In this document: one piece after another, positions 1 through 13,076 of the stretch
Layout: each line of letters opens with the position of its first letter
Numbering within the stretch: position 1 is the stretch's first letter
Origin: Auanema rhodensis
Lineage: Eukaryota > Animalia > Nematoda
NCBI GenBank assembly: GCA_964057225.1
Contig: OZ059895.1
Location: 6,138,001-6,202,000, forward strand
Length of the DNA: 64,000 nt
Direction: 5' to 3'
Notes under the pieces: generated by a model
The model's input: only the letters and a program-made list of their open reading frames with translations
Told to the model about the DNA's origin: nothing
The model's database searches: none
Made by a program: the position numbers and the translations under genes

Positions 1-2251
1 GTTGTTGAATCCAATAGATTAGCTGACCAATTAAGTTTTCCATTAAATCAAGAGAAAGTTCTTTCTTCTGATACTGCGAGCATGAAAGTAGAGAACTTTA
101 AGGTGTAGTTTATTTTTATTTAAACTTGATAATTTGTGTTATTTCAGCCAAAAACGGACATGGAGAAGGAGCTGGCAGCACTTGTTCAGACTAGTAAACA
201 TAACTTGACTAATGAAACAATATATACACCTGCTGAGCTAGAAATTATTAAAGCTATGAATGTAAAAGAGGTTTGTATTTCAAATATAATTATTTATTTA
301 GTTTATATCTTTTAGGCCAAAGCTCGTTTAGATTCATTGCAAAGAATGAGAGCTCTTATAAGTTATCGTGAAGCTAAGTTCAGATATGCGGCTAAAATCA
401 AATCCAAAGGGTAAACAACTAAATTTTGATGGCTTTTTCAAATCATTTATTGAAGATACCATCGTTTACTGAAGCGACAGAAGAGAAAACAGCTAGTCAA
501 GGAATTCGATGAATTATTGATAAAAGATCCCGAAGCAGCTAAAGAAAAACTTAAAGAATTAGATACGCAACGTATTTTGGAAAGAGGTTCTCTGAAGCAT
601 CATGCACGTAGTAAATTCCAACAAGAAATTCTGAAACATGCCGGTCGAGATCCCGCTGCCAAGAAAGTTTTGGAGGAGCATTTAAGGTTTATATTTGGAA
701 ACGTTCTGTATGAAATTGAATCGAATTTAGACTAGGGAGAGAACTACGAGAGAAGATTACTCAAGAATCTGATAGTGAAAATGAAGATGAAGGGGAACAG
801 GCCAAAAGCGTTGCAGATCTCATTAAGGTATTACTTTTTGTCGACCATACGGCATTTTTTAAATTAAAGTCTGCTGCCCTTGCTGCTGCCCAATCTGATG
901 AGCCTTCACGACTAGCATTTGATGAAGAAGATGAAGCTGTAACTAAGCAAAAACTTTATGAGATGAGAGCAGCTAAACGAGCCAGTGCCCAAGCATCTAA
1001 AATAAAGAGTGATGGAACGGTACTTAACTTAATATTTTATTCAAACTCATGTGGGTATACGTTGCAGATAGCTAAAGTAGAAAACGTTTTTGAAGAAGAT
1101 AATGCTTGGGATGAACCTGTTGTCGAAAAGAACGAAGAGCCTACTAAGTTGAAAACTAAGAAGAAAACACCTAAGAAAAGAAAATTAGAGAAGAATCTTG
1201 AAGAAGCAGCAGCAGCAGAAAATGGTTATTTTAGTTTTTTCCATGTAAAGCATATTTACTTCGAACTTTAGAAACTGAACCTGTATCTGTGAAGGATGTT
1301 GATCAAATATTCGAAGAAGGAACAGATGTTCTTATTAAGAAAATGCGGGATGTAAATGATTATCATAGTGAAAGAAATTGGATTCAAATTTTATAGGAAT
1401 TTGCCAGTGAAAAGCAAAGCGCTACACCCTTAAAGAAGAAAAAGAAAAAAGTTGTGAAAAAAACCGATGAAGAACCTAAAGTTGAAGAAGAGGTTGATGT
1501 AACGTTGGATCCAAAACACTTCCTTCAAGTGGAAACATCGAAAATCATGAAAGTTGCTGCCGATATGGATGATCAGCTCAATGAACTTGAGGACGAAGGT
1601 GTGGTATTATTTCGTAATACGTTCAAGTTATCATATTTTCAGATCAAAGTAAATTGATTGCTGAAGCATTCAAAGATGAAGATGTAATTGGTGAATTCGA
1701 AGAAGAAAAAGAAAGGGTACGATATCATTATATTTAAGGCAGTAATCTGAATGTTTCATTAGGTTGAAGAAGGTGAAAAGGGTAAAGACATTGATTTAAC
1801 CTTAAAAGGTTGGGGTTCTTGGACAGGACCAGGAACAACAGAAAACAAAAGAAGAAAACAGTTTATAATCAAAGCTGCTGAAAAGAAAAGAAAAGATAAA
1901 GGAAAATCAGCAGTTATCATCAAAGAAAAGGCAGAACATGTTTGTGAACTTCTGAAAACTTCGTTATCATGCTCTTTTTCAGCCTATCAACAAGATGCAA
2001 CCTCGAAATCTTCCATTCCCCTACACTAGGGTTGTTGACTATCAAACAGTTCTTAACCAACCCATTGGTAAAGATTATAATCCAACATCTGTTACACGAG
2101 ATTTATGCAAACCAAGCGTTGTTACTCAGGCAAGCCTTGATACTTCAAACTTCAAAAATGAAATGTTCTATTTAAGGGTGGTCGATCGATACGACCCATG
2201 GATAAAAAGGAAACCATTAAGAAAACCATTTATGAATCAGATGATGAATAG
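1..2251 (+). CDS. utp-14: U3 snoRNA-associated protein 14 (UTP14) homolog; multi-exon, 5' end lies outside the window
   Basis: Spliced exons give UTP14 hallmarks: YREAKFRYAAKIKSKGYHRLLKR, ERGSLKH, DLTLKGWGSWTG and LPFPY..PIGKDYN...KPSVVTQ/GGRSIRPM. Stop TAG at 2249-2251. The last intron (2130-2176) is GC-AG. Confidence 0.9.
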
Positions 2252-2367
2252 ACTTTTTGAAAAATTGTTATTTCTAGATTGTTTATTGTTTGTTGTTATT
2301 TTTTGTTGTTATCTTGTCAGTTTGCATTGTTAAACCATGTGTACAGCTAATTTTTGAAAAATAATTT

Positions 2368-2435
2368 TCGGTATAATTCCGATTTTATACCTTTAGCTTG
2401 TTTATTCTTTTTTATCAATTATAAATTTGCTTAAG
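2368..2435 (+). promoter_or_regulatory. Candidate intercistronic Ur-like element and trans-splice acceptor between utp-14 and rpb-6
   Basis: Short stem TCGG-tataatt-CCGA at 2368-2382, followed by TACCTT (UAYYUU) at 2388-2393. The AG at 2434-2435 directly precedes the rpb-6 ATG. The two same-strand genes are 184 bp apart. Confidence 0.45.
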
Positions 2436-2908
2436 ATGGCTGATGACGATGATTATCAAGAGATGGACGACGATTTTGTCGATGATGACGATATGGTAGA
2501 CGCTGATGTTGAGCAAAATGAGGAAGATGATGGTCATGAACGTGTAGACATTATTGATGTGAGGAGTTTCGACCAAACAAAACTCTATAATTTTTTTAGG
2601 CCGACAAAGGAACTGCTTCACAAGATCGTGTTACTACTCCTTTTATGACAAAGTACGAACGAGCTAGGGTTCTGGGTACGCGGGCTCTGCAAATAGCCAT
2701 GGGAGCTCCAGTTATGGTAGAATTAGAAGGAGGTTCGAGTTAATATTTTACAAATTATTATGTGAATGAGTTTTTAGAAACTGATCCGCTTGAAATTGCC
2801 AGGAAGGAATTGAAGCATCGTCGTATTCCCATTATTGTTCGTAGATACCTTCCTGATGGTTCTTTCGAAGATTGGGGAGTAGACCAACTTTACGTGACCG
2901 ATTGGTAA
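2436..2908 (+). CDS. rpb-6: RNA polymerase I/II/III shared subunit RPABC2 (RPB6); 3 exons
   Basis: Acidic N-terminus [13 protein letters not shown] followed by [68 protein letters not shown]. Stop TAA at 2906-2908. Confidence 0.97.
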
Positions 2909-3212
2909 AAATGTTGTGTTGTTACGATGTCATATATTGTTGCAACTATATAATAATTCAACAATATCTTGACTAATACCTTTGTTATGTTATGATCTAT
3001 TTGAACTACCCGTTTGCTGTTGATTCCATTACCTCCTCATAAATTTGATCTACCAATCTTCGCTCTCTTAATTTTCGAGTTCAATTAGTTATAGATAAAT
3101 TGAATTGTTAAAAATCATTTTATTATCAATTAATACTTTTATAATTACAATTTTAAATGCCTATGAAAACACGTCAGGCTACCCGTAACTTTTTTCTTTA
3201 ATAGTAATTCCA

Positions 3213-6124
3213 CTACCTATATGGTATGTCAGGAAGATCGGGAAGGAAAGCTGAAGCATATTCGAATTGATGATGTTGTGGATGAGAATCAGGAAGGGGT
3301 GGAGGTGGGAAAGACGGGGGCGATGGAACGTCAAAACCATCGATAAATCGGGAATCTGGCGTCATGTAGTCAGATACCGGCTGAGAGCAAGTGATTGAAA
3401 GTACGGGAGTTGTTCGTTGGCTCATAGTGGATCGAACAAGCAAGGATGGGTTGAAGGTGCTTGATGAGGTGGATGAGTTAAGAGATGACACAATGGTTCC
3501 TTTCGGTTCGTATTGTGCTGAATAAACAGAAGGAGCAACTCTAGCTGATGAAGTAATTGGATGAGTAGGAGGTTCATCTTGATGTCGTGATGAAACTGTA
3601 CAGCAACCTGAATCAAATAAAGTTAATCTCTTTTATTAGAATAAAAGAAAGAAAAAGTGAGAATAAAGTTTGCTTTCTGAATAACTGACCTCGTACAAAG
3701 AGTGAAAGCATTAATGGAAGGAACAACATTCCATGAATAAGTCCAATTGAAATGGCCAAGAATACAGTCTTGAAGAAGGTAACAATCATATAAGCTGGTA
3801 CATCAGCTAGTACTGCTACAGCCATTATAGTAGATGCAGCTCCTTAAGTAATTAATATTAAAAAGAGAAATTATGAATAGTATAAACCTTGTACTACTGG
3901 CCATCCTAGATCTCTCAATGCATCTTTCACTCTTAATTTGGTATCTGTTTCTTTCGAAACAACATACGCATATGTAATATGAGCTGAATAATCTACAGAA
4001 AATCCTACAGACATGATGATTGTAATCATAGATATAGCATCCTTAAATAATTTGATGAGATATATAAGTCGATTTTCACTATTTTACCAGATTTACTCCC
4101 CAAAGTGTCATAAAGCCTAGAACTCCTAAATCAATAGATCCAATAGTAAAAGCCACCCAAAGAGCACAGAAAGGTTGGGGTATAAGCATAAAAGCTATGA
4201 AAAGCATACAAAGTACAGCAATAACAATATCTTGAACCTAAAAAATTAGAAATTAGTTTTGTTTTCGTATCTATTAGACATACCGTATTAGGTACTACAA
4301 GAGCATATTGATCAGTAAAAAGCCAAAGAGGCATGAATGTTGTAACATTATAATCTTGGAATCTTTCCGCAAGCTGTAATAAAGTTGTTCAAGTTTATTA
4401 TAATATTTTAGGTTTTTATACCGCTCTGAATTCATCACATGCAGATGTTTGTTGAGTTGTTGATGAGATATCTCTCATTCCAATTAAAAATCTATAAATA
4501 AACAAAATAATTATATTTATTTGAATAAATATGATAAACCTAAAAGCTTTTATGTAAGTTCTTCCAGATTTATCAGTTGTCCATTTAACATCTTCCATCC
4601 AAGGATCATCTTCATGACTATACAAATAATGAGCAGCCATTTGATAGAAAGACTATAAAATTTAATAATTATAATTATATTTTAATTATTTATATAAATT
4701 ACTTCATCTAATAATGTTGTATTAACTTCAAGAGCATAATATCTTTCCATTTCATTCATCCAAAATTGAATAGATTCATCACCAATTGAGTGTTTTGTAT
4801 TTGCAAATTCTCGAACCATATCTTTAACATGTTGACGAGTTAAAGGTTCACGTAAATCTGGAGCTTTATTGACAACAATCTATAATTTGTTTTTTAATTA
4901 AATAAACTTTTTTAATTTTTACTTGTAAAGTTGCTCCATAATGCCAGAAATGTTTTTCTAAGGAACGATAATGAGGTGTAGCATAGGAATCATCAACCTA
5001 AAACAGTTTTGATGAGTATCAAGTGTTTAAAAAAATTTTTTTTTGAAAACAAGGAGTGAAAGATCATTTCTGAATATTTCACTTTCAATTATGTAATTTC
5101 TCCCCTTTCCTCTAAAATCATCTTCGAATTTCAATTTCAATTGTCGAAAAGGTTTATGAAAAAACCGGTAACCCTTAGTATTGTATGTCTAACTTCAAAC
5201 GTCAGACATATTCAATTCGATTACAATGTGATGTAATTCTTTCGAATTTACACGATGGTTAGCCATATAGATTGAATCATTTAGATATTCTACGCTTTTT
5301 AATTCTTTAATTCAAGTTTCTTTTAATCTTTTTTAACTCTTTTATCCTTTAAAATTGACTCTACTTCTTCACTCATTCTTACTTCAAACTTACTTTCTTT
5401 CTTTCTTATTCTTACGGTTAAAAATGAGAAAAGAAACTAAACTATTCTAGAACTTACTAGAAGATTAACAGGCTCTAATCCTTCTTTCAAATGAAGACAT
5501 CCATATATAGCAAAGCCAACGTATATAAAGTACCAGACAATTACAAGTCCTTTAACAACCGGCTGCATCAAGATTGGTGCATACCTGTAAGAAATAGTTA
5601 AATATTTATTTTGAAAGTTTTTCTTCTGTTTTAGGCAATTAAGCTAATGGACTTTACTAAATCAATTCCAGCTTTTTTTCTTTTTCTTTTGGAAAAAAAC
5701 GCTGAAAATGCTTGATCAAAAAGAAAAAAAAAGTTGAAGAAACAGGTTAGACAATAAAAGTGTGAAAGTCATTATATTTTGATTGAAAATTACTAGTGAA
5801 ACTAGTAAAAAGCCATTTTTTAAACTTTAACATACTTATTCATCTATTATAATATTCTTTTGAGAATACTCATAAAATCATACCAATTTTGGAAGAATTG
5901 AGTTGCTTTGCAATTTTTGGTGTTGCTTTTATGGTTAGGATCAGGATGTGGACGTGATCCCATCCAGAATATCTTTGAAAACAATGATGTTGAATTTTGA
6001 ACTTTTGGAGGAATCGTAGGCTTTAGCCAAAGACAATGTCGTCCTTCTCCTTCCCATTGAGTTGCTAATGATAGAACAGCACAAAAGAATGTGACCTATA
6101 AAATAATAATAATTAAAATATATT

Positions 6125-6165
<41 letters not shown>

Positions 6166-7621
6166 ATATTTCAATAATTTAAAGTTTTATCAAGCTTTAC
6201 TAAGTTGTAAGAAATGATAAACCTGGTAAACAAATGTTAAAACAAGTGCCAATCCGGTATAAATACAGAATATTTGAACGGCGGGAATCGTAGTAATTGT
6301 ACCAACTCCAAATGAAAAAGCATCTACAAAACAAAAATAATAAATTATATATTAAATTATATATTAACCAGTTAATGCAGTGATTAGAATAGAAACAGCA
6401 GCTTCAGCCATACATTCAGCCATTCGTTTCTGTGTACTAAGTGCTCGAGAAGTTTTTTTAACAGCAGCAACCATAAGGAACATATTATCAGTACCAACAG
6501 CTATAAATTATAATAATTATATTAATATAATAGTTAAGAATAACTAACCAACTACAAGAAAAGGCATTACAGCAACAATATCATTGTATTGTATTCCAAG
6601 TAAGATTAGAATCCCCATTGCACTTGCAATACCCATACCAGCATTAAAAACGCCTGAAATAAAGTTTTTATTTTAAACAAAACTTATAGAATAACTGAAT
6701 TTACCTAATACGGATACAATTGGTTTTGATAATGCCCAATCAATGAATAAAGTTCCTTAAAAAATAAACTTTTGATAACAAATTTTAATCAAAATCACAA
6801 CAAACCTCGTACTGTAACTAAGGAGCATAAAACAGAAAATGCTATAAGAATGACAAATGCTGTAATAAATCTAAATAAATAAAAAAATAAACAAAATGTT
6901 AATCTGTACTATCTATACCTTGGAGCTAAACTATCAGCATTACGCTTTAGTTCTTCTGCTAACGTTTGTGAATGAAAATATGTAATAGCAATATATGGAT
7001 CAGGTGGATATTCATCCATATGTCTTTTAAATGTCTAAAATCTCTTATTATATAAATTATATAAAATATAAATATACATTTTCCCATATACCAGATATAT
7101 ATGATACATTTGATGGATAAAATTTAAGTTGATAGATAAGAATCCATGCTTTAGCTCCAGCTAATAGAACTTGACCAGATTCATCACGTCCTAATGTTAC
7201 ACCACCTAAAGCTGCTCCAAGATATCCACTTCTAAATTACAAAAAAGTTATATATATGTAATACAAAGAAGAATATTATACTTTGAACCCATACGAAATG
7301 TTGGAAAAGTTATATTAATACCATGATTATATAATTGAGATATTATATTAACATGATCATTTGAATGACATCCTTTATGTTTCCATTTAAGACATAAATC
7401 CTTATATGTATATGTTCTATTACGAAAATTAACCTGAAATAAAGAAAATTTATATTTTATATAATTTAAATTATAAATTCTTATATGAAACTAGATTAAA
7501 TTCAAGTTTGACATAAGGTTTAACAATTCTGTTAAACACGAGAAAATATGTATTTAGGCAATAGACTAGTTATTATTTATTATATAAATTTGGAACTTTA
7601 AAAAGAAATAGAGAGAGAAGA

Positions 7622-7713
<92 letters not shown>

Positions 7714-9354
7714 AGGAAGAAAAGTAAAGATTGAAAGACACGATATGTTTGTATACATCTCTTATATGTTCATACATTTTCGTTTTTAAGAAAGAATAGG
7801 CTCTTCAAACCAACCTTAATCTTGTTTTGAATATATGAATCAAGTCGTTGAATAGCTTTTGTATATTCAGGTAACAAAATATTTCCATCATTTCGAGCAA
7901 CAACAGTAATCTGAAATTGAAAAAAAAATAAAAATAATTTGTACTAATTATACTAATTATATGTATATTTACATATATATATATATATATTTCTACCTGT
8001 GCTTCACGATTTTGAGTTACAGTTCTTCCTGGAACATAATTTTCTTCATTTAATGGCCATAAATCATGAATAATTTGACGTTCAACTTTAGATGGAGCAT
8101 CAGTAGGTGTATATAGATATACAGCATCAGTTAATGGATCCAAATGTAAAAATCCTATAAATTTATTATAATTTATATGAAAAGTTTATTTATTTTTTAG
8201 TTTTATTTCAACAAAATTATATATTTGAAGTTATTTTTAACCAAGGAATTTCTTTTTTGTTCGCGAAAAAATGATCTGGGTTAAGAGAAATGACAAAGAG
8301 ATGACACTACTAGACATTTGAAGAATTATTTCACTTAAAAAACTTTTTATAATTATAAATTATATATTTAAATAATATTTTTTTTATTTTATTTATAAAA
8401 ACTTTTATTATTTTTATTTGTAATATGTCTCTTCTTCTTCTTCTTCTTCTTTATCTTCTTCTTCATCTATATAGCAACAATAGCTAAATGGCCCATTGAA
8501 TTTAAAAGGAAAAAAACTATTTTTACGTGGTCATTTCGTGACTTTTCCATTTAACTTCTATATATGTGTGCGAATATATTTCGTTCCAAAAAAGGTATTC
8601 GAGTGACGAAATGAGACATCGCCATATACACATATAGAAGACAAGTAGAAGATTAAAACCAATGAAAAGGTATAGAAGAGATAGAGAGAGAGAGAGAGAA
8701 AGAGAGAGAAAGAGAGAGACTATGAACTATATTCGTTTCGGAAATTGGCCGATGACCTTTTACTACTTTCAACCGCCGGTGGCTAGTTGACTGAGTGACC
8801 GACTAACTGACTGACTTGTCGGCCGTCCAATTGGCTTATCTTACGTTCTTCTAGTGAGAAGATACAGAAATTACTTTTCTTGTTGACACCATCAATGTCT
8901 TCATCATCATCATTGAGATTATCTGATGATCATTAAAGTAATTTTGAATATTTCTCTCTCTCTTTCTCTCTCTGAGACTGTAAAAATGATTTTTCAATCA
9001 ATTACATAAATAATTGATTTACATGCCCGCAGGCAATAACATTATTTGTCTTTTTTTTTGTTTTAATTTTCAAATAAAATATATGATTACTATATTATAC
9101 ATGAAATATATGTCACAAAGGACAATATAATTGAGATGAAAATTTATGAAAAGTCAGATCAATTTATGTGAGAAAATTAGTTCAAATAGTTTGAATTTTT
9201 TCAAATAAAATCAATAAAATAACTAACCTGTACTAAAATACATAGTTAATAATAATGGAAAAGCTATAAATGGAAATGGATGATTTGATACAAATGTTCC
9301 ATATTTGTAGAAAAAATCGGCTACAGGCCTTTCGAGACAGCCAAAAGCTGCCAT
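3213..9354 (-). CDS. Patched-related (PTR, RND/sterol-sensing-domain) multi-pass membrane protein; many exons
   Basis: N-terminus MAAFGCLERPVADFFYKYGTFVSNHPFPFIAFP. Other motifs: DAVYLYTPTDAPSKVER, the SSD motif [81 protein letters not shown] and FFKTVFLAISIGLIHGMLFLP. Pro-rich cytoplasmic tail. The specific ptr paralog was not assigned. Confidence 0.92.
6129..6161. repeat. (TA)n microsatellite, intronic
   Basis: Pure TA run inside a ptr intron. Confidence 0.9.
7626..7708. repeat. (GA)n microsatellite, intronic
   Basis: About 40 GA units; this is the source of the SLSLSL ORF at 7573-7758. Confidence 0.95.
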
Positions 9355-10288
9355 GTGTGACTATGAATATAATAGATAAGATTTGAATATATATATATAT
9401 TTAATATAATATTAGTTCATAGCCTTAGAATGGCTATTTTTGAAAAAGAATATGATAGGTCAGACGAAATACTAAGCTCTTTCTAGTTTATAAAGCTTTT
9501 GATTTTGATAACTGCTGTTGCTCACGTAAATTGACGTGAACGTTATGAAGTTGTAACTGAAAAATACAGAAAATTAGATGTTCTGAGAACAAGAAGCAAC
9601 AACGAGCACGAAAAGAAGGAAATGATAATGGTACTGGAAGGAAGTTACTGGGTGAAGGACTTAGACTGACTGACTTGATAAGCGTTACTGTTCGGAATTA
9701 GAAAAACCGACGGCTTTTCAGATGAAAATTCAGATGGAAAGGGCGGGAAATTCATTCATTTTCTTACTTTTGTATGTTTCAACCTTGATTGTCTCTGTTG
9801 ATGGGCCACAATGACAGCAAATGTAATGACGGAAAAGGAAAGAAGGAGAGGTGAGACGGATGGAACATGAAAATGTGTGCAAAGATTGTAGAGTGTTAGT
9901 CCGAGTTATCTGGGTCAGAATAGCCATCATACATGAACACAAGCAGACGTAGCAGAAGAGAGAGAGAGAGAGAGACCTAAGTATAGTAGTTATATCGTTG
10001 TAATCTTTATATATACTTACTTATATATATATATATATGATATAATATAATATAATCTAGATATATAGATATATCTAGATTAATCTATAGTTCATTTGTT
10101 TTTGTTTTTTTTTTTCAAAATATATATGAATTAAGGAAGGTTAATGGTGATTAGAATCATTTCCAAAGATCACTGTTGTAAAGGCATATGGTATAGGAGT
10201 TCTTGGGGGGGGGGCTTAAACATACTAATAATACCATTGAACTTGATTGAAAACACAAGACATGTTTAGTAGCTTACAAGTGACTCTC

Positions 10289-10291
<3 letters not shown>

Positions 10292-10341
<50 letters not shown>
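10292..10341. repeat. (CT)n microsatellite
   Basis: Pure CT run; this is the source of the SLSLSL ORF at 10247-10459. Confidence 0.95.
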
Positions 10342-10343
<2 letters not shown>

Positions 10344-11852
10344 ATAATGTTCAAATAACCACTGGAAAAGATGAAAAAAAAGATTTTTCATCTGTCGTAT
10401 CTATACGACAAAATAATTTCGAAATTCTTTTCACCATGAGGGTTCAGATACTAATGTGACCTTTCATGAAAAGTTGATGATCACTATGGTGTACCTAGTA
10501 CTGATACTGGAAACATTCCTAATAATCTTAGAATTTGAGGAATTTCAATCAGATATATGATGCAATTTTAGTTAAAACTTAAATTAAAAACAAACTATTT
10601 GATTGGAAATGAAGAATGAGTAAAGGCAAATACAGAAAGAAAATGAAGTCGACAATTCGAAATTTATGAAAAGTGAAGATGATGGTAACGTCAGGTTGTC
10701 TGGACAAGCCAGGTGACATGGTCTCTTGGGGCTTTTCTCCATGATTCTGAATAGGAATAAACGAAACAAAAAGAGGCAGTTGACAGAAAGAGAACGTGAA
10801 GGCGGACAACGGAAAAAAACGGAAAAGATGTTAGATTGAATGAGTGAAAGGATAGAAATAGGGAGGAGGGAAATGAAGGATGATGGTCAATACATCTGAT
10901 GAAAGTAGGTTATGAGGTTGAGCTAAAGTTATCATATCGAATGAGAATAGATATACAAAAAAGATTAAAGATAATTAATCATTTGTTAAACTATTGATTA
11001 CAAAAAGAAGTTTTTATATAAAAATATGATTGAACAAGCTCAACTTGTAACTTAATCTTCTTAATGCTAACAGTATTATATATTAAAATAACTGACAGCT
11101 AGAACTGGACGTGCTAAGCGAAAAGTAAATGCAGAAAAGAAGGAGGAGAATATTGGAGAATCGGGGGGCCGGAGGCTATGTTGGAAAGGATAGCTGAGGA
11201 AGATTGGTCACAATTCGCTTTTCGCTTTCGCCTCCATTCCTCCCGCAACTACCATATATTCAACCACTCACCTTTCCTCTCATTTCGGCTATCTACCTCC
11301 TTCCCTCTCTCTCTCTATCTATAGTGATCACTCTTTATGTTTCCATATTTATCCCATGTCTCTCTCTCCCTCTCTCTCTCTTTTTCTCTCTCTCTCTCTT
11401 TACCTCTATTTCTCTCTCTTCGCCTATCCTGTACAATCTAAGTCTTGTCGCCATAAAGAATTGACCTGGTTTGCTCATTCAAACGGCTGGTGGTATGGGG
11501 GGGGAGCGACAAGACGAGGACCGACTGTTAGTCATGAGAGCTAAGGCGGCACAACTGGTCAGTTCGTTCAGACTAACTGGTTGGTCAGCCGGGTCAGGCC
11601 TGATTCCAGTCATCATGGTCATCATCATCACAAACAGCAGCACAACTTATAAAGACATAAACGAAAAAAAGAGAACATGAATGAAGAAGAACTGACAGAT
11701 AATCTACTGAAGCATCATTCATGTCTATAATAATTCTTTTCAATTTAATGACAACTATTACAATATTATTATAACAACTTTAAAACTTGAAACATTCAAT
11801 GTGAATAAACGATTCTAAAATTAGAAATAAACACTGTAATATATAATATGGT

Positions 11853-12907
11853 ATTCATTACCCATAATAAGTACGATGGAAAAATAAATGGGAATCAAAA
11901 ATTCAACTTCATTGTTGGTTCAAAACCCAGAACTCAAGGTATGTCTGGGTTTCCGAGATATCGTTTTTTCGATTAATTTCGGAATAGTTTTTGGAATTTC
12001 CGTTCGGGGTTATCCGGATGGTATTAAAGAATTATATATTTTTCGGTTTCAGTGTCACTTACAGGTACAGGACGAGTATTCTTCGAGGAAACTTAATGTT
12101 TAAACTCAACCGAAATACGGAAAAAAGAATATACATTGTCCAAATAATCATTTATCGGCCTACCTTAAAGAATTTAAAACCATCGATGAAGACAGAAAGA
12201 TGACGAGTCATAACACTAGTTGATGATACCGAGGCATTTGTCTGAGTTGGTTCTCTTTCCTCAACCTGACCAAGTTTTTGCTTAGAAGATCTGCTATTTT
12301 AATGAAACAAATCCCAAGAAACTTCTTATTAACAAATCTTTACAAATCCCACGAAATGGATGAAGAAATAGAAACTCGACAACATATCTTTTGTCTGTAC
12401 TCTTGTAAGGGACGCGCGAACGCATCCCCAAACGCAAAAATTTAGCTGTTGGCGAATCTCAACTCGAGACTGCCATACAGGTCAGCCCAATCGAAAGTGC
12501 AATGATCAGGCCTCTCCGTAGGGAGTCCGCCTTCATGATCGCGAACAACCCCCAGCCAGGTAAGTTTATGAGCTAAGACTTAGAAATCTCTTAACCCTAT
12601 CTTGCTTCGTATCTGCTATGGGTGCGCCGCTGCTAGACCATATGGCTTTCCCTCTTGGGGAACCGAGTATGTCAACGTCTATGATTCATCGATTTAATCA
12701 TGTGGCAAATGCACTGCAATTACAAACAAACCTTACATCCGATCAGATAACCCCGAACGGAAATTCCAAAAACTATTCCGAAACTAATCGAAAAAACGAT
12801 ATCTCGGAAACCCAGACATACCTTGATTCCTGGGTTTTAAACCAACAAAGAAGTTGAATCTTTAGATCCCATAAAATAATTAAACGTACCTCATATGGGT
12901 ACTGAAT
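11853..12907. mobile_element. Non-autonomous DNA transposon / foldback-like element with ~170-bp terminal inverted repeats
   Basis: ~11853-12020 is the reverse complement of ~12735-12907. The inner ~80 bp (tcaaggtatgtctgggtttccgagatatcgttttttcgatta.tttcggaatagtttttggaatttccgttcggggttatc) is nearly identical; the outer part is diverged. No transposase ORF inside and no clear TSD. Confidence 0.75.
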
Positions 12908-13076
12908 CACATTTGAAAACAAAAAATTGATTGAATAGAAGGTTTAATATGATATAACAAAAAATAATTTTAACAACAACAATATAAAATCCTATCAAGT
13001 ATACACTAGGGTTATGCTATTCATAACTGAGCACAGATCAGAAAATTAACAAAATCAGAAGAAATCTATGCAAAGT

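Noticed and set aside
7573-11544. SLSLSL-type ORFs (7573-7758, 10247-10459, 11204-11544)
   Set aside because: Translations of GA/CT microsatellites.
8750-11600. Several AGGTCA/TGACCT nuclear-receptor half-sites around the ptr 5' end
   Set aside because: Hexamers occur often by chance, and enrichment cannot be shown without conservation or ChIP data.
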